A stretch of DNA of 16,580 bases from Paramoeba atlantica (lineage: Eukaryota; Protista; Discosea): the NCBI GenBank assembly GCA_977017575.1, contig CDRNVI010000130.1, positions 1 through 16,580 on the forward strand, given 5' to 3'. Positions 9,713-16,580 of this stretch are shown in pieces. How positions within the stretch are numbered: position 1 is the stretch's first letter; every line of letters starts with the position of its first letter. The notes under the pieces were generated by a model that was not told the origin of the DNA, did no database searches, and was given only the letters and a program-made list of their open reading frames with translations. Made by a program: the position numbers and the translations under genes.

Positions 9713-10481
9713 TTAACGCAGTACTTAAAATTATTGAATAATTTTTGTATTATGAATTTTAGCGATAATAATTTTTGGCATGGGTGACTACCTGCCATTC
9801 ATATATCGCCTCCGTGTCCGTCCCGCTATGTCTCGCTTGCCACTTTTCCCCCTTGGCGCGACGGCGGCTTTGCGCTTCGTGGCCTTCACGTCTCCAACGC
9901 TCGTACAGTAACCTAAAGTATCGGATACGGCTAACGGGATGGGAGCGGAGGTTTGAAAAGCGGGGTGTAAGTACGGTGAAGGGTTAAGTGTGAAAAATGT
10001 ACGAAAGTGTTCCAAAAGTTGATAAAACCGCTATACTCAATAGTATTCCCCCGAATTATTTGCAATCAAAAAGGTTTGCTAGTTGGATTCATATCAGTTG
10101 GAATATAACGTTTGGTTAATGCCGCGTTTGATACTTACCGGCACGTAGCTTTGCGATAGCTCCCCAGTGCGCTAATATTTTCCAACATTAAGAGCACAAG
10201 GTTTAGTACAGCTGCAGATTTGCACCACTGTATGAAAAATTCAGGTCCTTAGTCAAAAGGACCTACTGTTCCTTAAACTCTTTTTAGAATCTGATCATCT
10301 TCTTGTTCATAATTTTGATCTTAACTGGGTATATCCTAACCGTGACCAGCGATTCAAAAGACATATTCAAAAAACACAATTATTTGCATATCCTTCATAC
10401 GGTCTGAGGCACTATGGTAATACAACTGTAATATTAAATGTAAGGCAAGATGCTACGAACTAACAATGACCTGACAAGTTA

Positions 10482-11231
10482 TTAGAAAAGTAAAGTAATA
10501 CTCGTGTTTCTAATGTTGAGATTAAAGCCAGCCATATTGGGAAGCAGGCGCTTTTCTATCTCGCCATGCAGATTTACGTTGTTTGACAAATCGAGATGGT
10601 GCAATGTACTTGGAAGGCTTCTTACGTCAATTTTGCCGGAAAACCTATTCGTGAATAGTCGAAGATCGTACAAGTTTGGGAGATCACGTAGACAAAGGTT
10701 TCCTGATAACTGATTACAGTCAAGACTGAGATATTTCAACCCAGGAGACAATTTATCTAAGCAAATTTCACCTGTAAATCGGTTACCGGAGAGGTACAGC
10801 TTGTTCAAATTCGGGGGGAGAGCTGTTAAGTCCAATGGTCCACTAAGATCATTGTATGCTAGAATCAAAACACCTAACTTGCAGGGCAATGTGCTCAGTG
10901 GAACTTCGCCCGAAAGTTTAGTAAGAAAAAAGCAGAACGTGTGTACTGTATTTGGGAGATAACCAAAATTCAACGATCCAGTGAGATCTTTGTATGACTT
11001 ACTTAAATACCCGTTCCAATATATAGACGTAATCTCATTCGCTTTGTTACAATCCACGCCATCCCAATTACAAGCAGGAGTTGATGTATTCCATGAATAA
11101 TGTGTATTCTCAATATTCTGTACGAGTTGTGCAAGTTCGTATTCCTGTGGGAGATTCGTCGTACTCACTTTGCCTGCACGTCTTGTTAAGTGCGATTCTG
11201 TAATATCCGCAGCAGAAACGCTACAAAGCAT
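10482..11231 (-). CDS. Leucine-rich repeat protein, paralog 2 (249 aa, 6 LRRs)
   Basis: Intact ATG-to-TAA ORF with the same cap and repeats as paralog 1, plus one extra 22-aa repeat (LPNLYDLRLFTNRFSGKIDVRS). Confidence 0.9.
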   Translation of the reverse strand: MLCSVSAADITESHLTRRAGKVSTTNLPQEYELAQLVQNIENTHYSWNTSTPACNWDGVDCNKANEITSIYWNGYLSKSYKDLTGSLNFGYLPNTVHTFCFFLTKLSGEVPLSTLPCKLGVLILAYNDLSGPLDLTALPPNLNKLYLSGNRFTGEICLDKLSPGLKYLSLDCNQLSGNLCLRDLPNLYDLRLFTNRFSGKIDVRSLPSTLHHLDLSNNVNLHGEIEKRLLPNMAGFNLNIRNTSITLLF

Positions 11232-12119
11232 GAAACTTCAAGAAATATAGAATGTGTAGAAAAGTTGAATGAATTTGTTCTGCATGACACCACAATACCT
11301 CCTAGATCACCTAGTTGTGGAAATACGATACAGCGAGGGTTGGTAATAGATTTTGGGGAAAAAACGATCTAAATTCCGCAAAAATTCTTATTAAGTACTA
11401 TACATTTTGCTTTGATTTGGCATATTTTCAAAATCTTTTTATGCTGAAAAGTACTGTGCAGATCTGAAATTTTGCTCTGTGTCGCATCGTCATCTCTTCC
11501 TTTTTCTTGGAGACATTACCCTTTTGAGCGCAGAGGATAGTGTCATGGTTAACGCTTCAACCAGAAGATCTCTTAATAATAGAGGCACAACTTGGTGTTC
11601 AAGATGTCACGTGCAAGAAGGGAATGCAAGATGTCACGCAGAAGGGATGCATTGTTTTCATGGGGGCTACTTTCGGGAATGTGGTAGCGGACATAATTGA
11701 CGAGCCGAGTATGGGGAAAACGGTCCATTTTTTAACAAACGGCAGCAAAGAACAGCAAAAGAAAGTTTGATAATGCTGTGCGGAATATGTGAGGCCCCAC
11801 CCCGCAAATTCATTGAAATGAGGCACGGGTACCGACAAATACTGTTTGCATCTTCACTGAGGAACTTATGGACTTGCACAGGCACACGACGTGCGTTGGA
11901 TAATATGAAAATTGTTTGGATGATATACCGTACATTCATGCAGAAGGGCAAGACCTGCACAAGTCAAGAGAGGCGTGTGCAATTGGGAACTCTATTCTGA
12001 TCCCCTAGTAGTACTCGAGTCTGAAGTGACACGCAGAAGATTATAGTGTAGAAGTGCAGCAGAAGATTATAAATAGAGGGTAAGTGATTCTTCAATTTTC
12101 TTTAAAAGATTTAATCTTT

Positions 12120-12312
12120 TAGGAGGGGGGCAACGTGTCTGTGGTGCTTGGCAGAATATGGCAGAATTCGAAAGTCAACCGTAAAAAATTTTATGCAAAA
12201 CAATATGCCCACGAAAAAAAAAAATCGCCGCTTCGCGGCAGAAAGGCCAAATAAGAAAGTGATCGCCAGAATATGGCAGAATACGGCAGAATAGCCCGTT
12301 GCCTCACCTCTA
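12120..12312. mobile_element. Possible hAT-like MITE (~193 bp), degenerate
   Basis: Imperfect 16-bp inverted ends (TAGGAGGGGGGCAACG vs TAGAGGTGAGGCAACG, 12/16) and five subterminal GGCAGAAT-like repeats. No 8-bp TSD found. Confidence 0.35.
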
Positions 12313-12317
12313 AGTTA

Positions 12318-13250
12318 CAGTCAGCAAAAAAAACCGTTCGAATGTTTCGGTTTTGTATCGAGCCATTGATTAAATATCACCGTTGCGCTGGTAATGTGTG
12401 CTAGTAGTCTAGGCATGAGTGTCACCTAATAGTATCCGTAGATAGTTCACCTCAGATCGTTCTACCAAAGAAATAAGAATGAATGTAAAAAAGTTTAACA
12501 TTCGATGTTTTTGCTACCTATTATAGAGAAAATCTTGTCCCAAAAAATAGATGAAACGTAATCGCCCAAGAGAGATTATGCCCGTAAAATTAGTATTTAG
12601 TATTCCCCCCACGAGCCTTCAGCACTGCCTTCATACGGGCAGGCATACTGTCCACCTGGACACGACACACTGAGGGTGGTATGTTCGCCCATTCCATTTT
12701 TACCCTCTCCCACAACTCTCGGACCCCGCTTGGTGGATCGTCGTGCGCTGCAAGGCGCCGCTTGAGTTCCCCCCAAACGTTTTCGATTGGATTTAAGTCA
12801 GGGGACTGCGGGGGCCACCGCATGACTTCAAACCCGGTACCCCGGAGGTGCCGTTGCGCACAATGGCTTGTGTGCTTGGGGTCATTATCTTGTTGGAAGA
12901 TGACCATTGGGGGGTCTAGATCCATAGTTTCGATGGAGGGGGCAAGATTCTCTTCAAGAATCTCGACGTACTGTGTGGCGTTCAGGTTCCCTTGAACTAG
13001 ACGCACATGCCCCACACCGCTTCGGGACATGGACGCCCAAATCATGATGTGCCCCCCTCCGTACTTTACCGTGGGAATTACCCCTTTTTCACCCAGTTCC
13101 CCCCCCCGGGGTCCCCCATGTCCAAAGACTTCCCCCCGTTTCAAAGCGTAAGATCTTCGTCTCGTCCGACCACACAACTGGAGCCCAGTCGTGCACTGTC
13201 CAGTGCTCATGGGCCGTGGCAAAGTCCATCTGAAGCTTGCGATAGCGCTT
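12318..13250 (-). mobile_element. Tc1-family DNA transposon, 5'-truncated
   Basis: Contains a DD34E transposase. Candidate 3' TIR TA|CAGTCAGCAAAAAAAACCG starts at 12318. No partner TIR or DNA-binding-domain exon found upstream. Confidence 0.75.
12590..13250 (-). pseudogene. Tc1/mariner DD34E transposase catalytic domain with a +1 frameshift in a G9 run (13099-13107)
   Basis: WTVHDWAPVVWSDETKI (first D at 13164-13166) is in one frame. PTVKYGGG..IW, FQQDNDPKH, WPPQSPDLNPIEN (34 residues between D and E) and KARGGNTKY are in the other. Confidence 0.93.
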
Positions 13251-14366
13251 ATTTTTGTGCGCTAATTTTTATCGCATTACAGATTAGCATGAAACTTCAA
13301 AACGCTGTACAAGCCGGAGCCGATCACTTAGCCGTCTTATTCATTTTGCTCGGTTTGCGAAAAGAAAACAATTTAGCATCTTTTCGCCGCAGCGTTGTAT
13401 TAGTGCGAAACCCCTATTGGCACTTCTAATGAAGCTGTTGAAGTAGACAGTGCTTCAACCATAACTACGCTAATGTCCCGACCTTGGTAAAGATATGTCA
13501 TTGGTGTTGCTTCCCACAGAGCCTTGAAGATCTATCTGGCTCACAGAGGCAAAAGTTTCTTTGTGTGGGCTAGATCCCGTAAAGGACCAGAATGTGTGCT
13601 GCTTATTCGTGAAGCAGAGTTTTTGGGAAGCGTCTTCTTCCAGACGACAGAGTACAAGTTCTTCTTCAGATCAAAGCTTGTACGAAGAGCTCAGGGCACG
13701 AAAGGTACATACGTTCGGCACGTCTCCTTGTCTCTCAGCACTTTAAAGTTGCACTGAACCCTCGTGATGTTCGCCCCACTGCTCTGCCGCTCCGAAACAT
13801 GTGGGGATCGTATACACGAGAAAACATTGACGAACGCAAAGAAGAAAGAGACAGAATTTCGAACCTTCTGACCGAAACGCTGCTACTTTTTATGTATTTA
13901 TTGAACTCAATACATGCTGCGAAAATGACGTACATACTGCAAAATCATCACGCTGACATACACTACATAATGTAAATTACTGTGTTAATTGGCTTGACTT
14001 TATAATTCCTTAGAAAATGGGAATTGCTTATCATGGCCATCACTTGCCCTACACTCATCGGGAGCACATGGTACGCTTGGGTCCTCGCTCGATTCCCATA
14101 ACTCTGTTTTGGATGACACTGGATGACACGTACTGTATGTGACTCGATGGCAGTGGACAACTCCATAGTGACCATTGTCACAACAGGTCTTGGTCATTTT
14201 TAAAGTTTATATCTATACATTTCTGTGTATTTACATTTCTGTCTATATTACGTGAAGGTATCCTTTTATATACATGACTTTCGCTTGTCTAATATGACAC
14301 GACTACATTCTCGTTTTCTGTATTCACGCTCACACTGAGCGTAACAGCAGCGTCCCACTGCGCTAC

Positions 14367-15959
14367 TTACTTACTGTGTTTTCGACACGCACAGCACGAA
14401 ATATGAGCCCTGTCAAACGTAATATTTCTACCTTCCTGTACCTTGTGACTGATATATCCATGGAGCTCTGGATTGTCGTGTAAAGACAAGACGGATAGCG
14501 TTTCGGGTAACACATAGAGTTGGATATTTCCCTCCAGGCAGTTATTGTTAAGTAAAAGCGTTTCAAGGTTTACAGAAAGATCTGTAAAAGCAGGGACACC
14601 GCTAAAACAATTGTGGTCAAGTTTCAGAGTTTGAAGCTCGGCCGGTATATCCTGAAAATCTAGGGCTCCTGAAAATTTATTATGGCTAGCGATAAAAACA
14701 ACACAGGACTCAGGCAAGTCGCTGAGGTGAAGATTGCCCGTAAATTGATTACGTTTGATTATTAAATTTTCGAGTGAAGGTGGAAGTGTATCTAATTTAA
14801 AGGAACCCACAAATGCATTATTGCTGATGTCCATAAAAGTTAGTTCCTCGGGCAAATCACTGAGATCTGGTGATCCAGATAGCTTGTTACGGTACAAAAG
14901 GAGGTGGGTAAGAGAATCAGGTAGGGAGCGGATATCGATCTCTCCCGTGAATGCGTTACGCGAAAGGTTAAGGTCTTCAAGCTCCTCTGGTAAGTTCCGT
15001 AAGTCTAACGTCCCCGCCAACTGATTTTCGGAAAGATCCAACTTGTACAGTTCATTTGGTAGTGTATCTAGATTCGTTATACCCGTAAACTTGTTGCCCG
15101 ACGCGGCAAATAATTTAAGGTTCTGGGGAAGGGAATTCAACTGCAGAGATCCTTCGAACTGGTTTTCTGAAAGATCTACTAGCTCGAGTGATGATGGCAG
15201 ACCTTGCAAATCAAGCGTACCCGTCAATTCGTTATCTAGCACAGTCAGGTCTTTAAGCGTGTCTGGCAAATTATTCAGGTGTAGCCTACCTGAAAACTTG
15301 TTTTCAGCTACATTGAAAACTTCCATGTGTACCGGCAGGGCACCAAGATCCATGTCCTGGGCAGACTGATTGGTGCCTGAAAAAAACTGATTTCTAGTCA
15401 ACGTCAATATCCTCAACTTTGCTGGGAGGCTACCCAAATCAATGCCACCTTCAAACAAGTTAAATTCCAAATTAATGACTTGCAACGTTGGCGGAAAAAG
15501 AGAAAAATTTACTGTACCAGCAAAATCGTTGAAACTGAGCTTAAGGTACGTCAGGTTCGGCGGCAAATTATCTAAACAAACGGATCCAGAAAAATCGTTC
15601 CCTGTGGCGGATACTCGCAAAACGGTCCTGGGAAGATGTTCTAAATGCAATTCGCCCGAGTATCGCCAAACCCAGATATCGGAATCAGCGTCCCACATAA
15701 GTTCCGTCACCTCTCCATGTTCATTACATCCCACTCTTGCCCATTCGCACGCAGCTGTGGATGTCGTCCAGGATGGGTTAGGATGCAATACGTCCGCAAT
15801 AACTCGTTCCATCTCATATTCTTGCGGTAGAACAGACCCATGTATTTTCCCGGGGCGAGTAGATGGATAAGGTGCCGTGTTATGTGGGACATCTTGATGC
15901 AGTTTCCTACGTTTAACAGGGGGTGACTGTTCATCACGCGTGTCGGTAACGCGATTCAT
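14367..15959 (-). CDS. Leucine-rich repeat protein, paralog 3 (530 aa, 17 LRRs) with N-terminal NLS-like motif
   Basis: Intact ORF with PPVKRRK near the N-terminus, RPGKI...LPQEYE, ACEWARVGC cap, 17 23-aa repeats and a DNPELHG end cap. Confidence 0.93.
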   Translation of the reverse strand: MNRVTDTRDEQSPPVKRRKLHQDVPHNTAPYPSTRPGKIHGSVLPQEYEMERVIADVLHPNPSWTTSTAACEWARVGCNEHGEVTELMWDADSDIWVWRYSGELHLEHLPRTVLRVSATGNDFSGSVCLDNLPPNLTYLKLSFNDFAGTVNFSLFPPTLQVINLEFNLFEGGIDLGSLPAKLRILTLTRNQFFSGTNQSAQDMDLGALPVHMEVFNVAENKFSGRLHLNNLPDTLKDLTVLDNELTGTLDLQGLPSSLELVDLSENQFEGSLQLNSLPQNLKLFAASGNKFTGITNLDTLPNELYKLDLSENQLAGTLDLRNLPEELEDLNLSRNAFTGEIDIRSLPDSLTHLLLYRNKLSGSPDLSDLPEELTFMDISNNAFVGSFKLDTLPPSLENLIIKRNQFTGNLHLSDLPESCVVFIASHNKFSGALDFQDIPAELQTLKLDHNCFSGVPAFTDLSVNLETLLLNNNCLEGNIQLYVLPETLSVLSLHDNPELHGYISHKVQEGRNITFDRAHISCCACRKHSK

Positions 15960-16492
15960 GTGTTAAATCCAAGGAATATCTGGTGTCTTAAGATAGGAAA
16001 GAAAGAAAAGAAGCATTGTTATTATTACCATGCAAAACCGCCATATACCCCTATTGCGGTAGAGTATAAATCCCGAGGCATAAGAAGTCACCCCCCTCTA
16101 AAATTTGGTTATTTTGTCCCTTGGGTTTATTTTTGTTGCATTTTTGCCGATCTCGGTGAAGCTTGTTTGCGCATACATGTATCATATAGAGAATAAAACT
16201 GGGAACCAATAAAATATGAATTTACTACTACCACTTTCTTACTTTTTCGCCACCATTTTTTTTGCAAACTTTGAGACATCTGTTGAAACTTAAAACAGTA
16301 CGATCAGATTCAAGAATATTATTAAAAGCTTTTTTACGCACTTAATTAGAGTAGTGCAAGACGGATTCATTTCATTATTTTAGGAAGAGGCTTTTTTCAT
16401 TATTTTAGGAATCTCCAAAGCGTTTGGATAAAGTTGGCTTTACAGAAACGGTATCTTTATCGTATGAGTAGTTTTTCTACCTTTCCCGTACT

Positions 16493-16580
16493 AATTTTCT
16501 TTTTTAGGCTCTTCGTTAAACGCGGCGGTTGCTTTCAACTTAGAAGTCTCATGCTGCGCGCTTCGCGTTGAAAACTCCCG
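16493..16580 (-). repeat. Palindrome copy 3 with inverted apex (cut by window end)
   Basis: AATTTTCTTTTTTAGGCTCTTCGTTAAACGCGGCGG followed by the reverse complement of the apex of copies 1/2, with a 2-nt deletion. Confidence 0.9.

Noticed and set aside
11540-11770. ORF with IIDEPSMG resembling an ABC Walker B/D-loop, plus Cys/His-rich neighbouring frames
   Set aside because: No Walker A or signature motif. Frames are short, interrupted and include a small tandem duplication.
13286-13300. 15-bp exact match AGCATGAAACTTCAA to the LRR2 start region (11227-11241)
   Set aside because: No similarity on either side and the frame stops after 13 codons. One such match in 16.6 kb is plausible by chance.
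14363-15937. Short ORFs overlapping or antisense to LRR3, and likewise those over LRR1, LRR2 and the transposase
   Set aside because: Shadows of real coding frames.
16370-16411. 17-bp direct repeat TTTCATTATTTTAGGAA with a 25-nt period
   Set aside because: Simple local duplication in AT-rich DNA with no further structure.
1-16580. CRISPR array, tRNA, rRNA or bacterial terminators
   Set aside because: No regularly spaced repeat-spacer array, cloverleaf or rRNA motif seen. Hairpins next to T-tracts occur in a eukaryotic repeat context.

Overview
Eukaryotic, repeat-rich DNA with no prokaryotic operon structure, RNA genes or CRISPR array. It holds three minus-strand paralogs of one 23-residue LRR family (228, 249 and 530 aa), each with an LPQEYE motif and a CxWxxVxC cap. 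I recall similar expanded LRR families in Paramoeba/Perkinsela-type protist datasets, but that is unverified. Between the genes lie a 5'-truncated Tc1 DD34E transposon with a homopolymer frameshift, a 367-bp Tc1-like MITE, a possible hAT-like MITE, an orphan SWIM zinc-finger fragment, a GC-rich Zn-ribbon/RS-rich ORF module and GGWCC repeat clusters. The most unusual structure is a dispersed repeat ending in a ~110-120 bp palindrome with 25-30 bp perfect arms. It occurs three times, and the third copy has an inverted apex. Most short ORFs in the supplied track look spurious.
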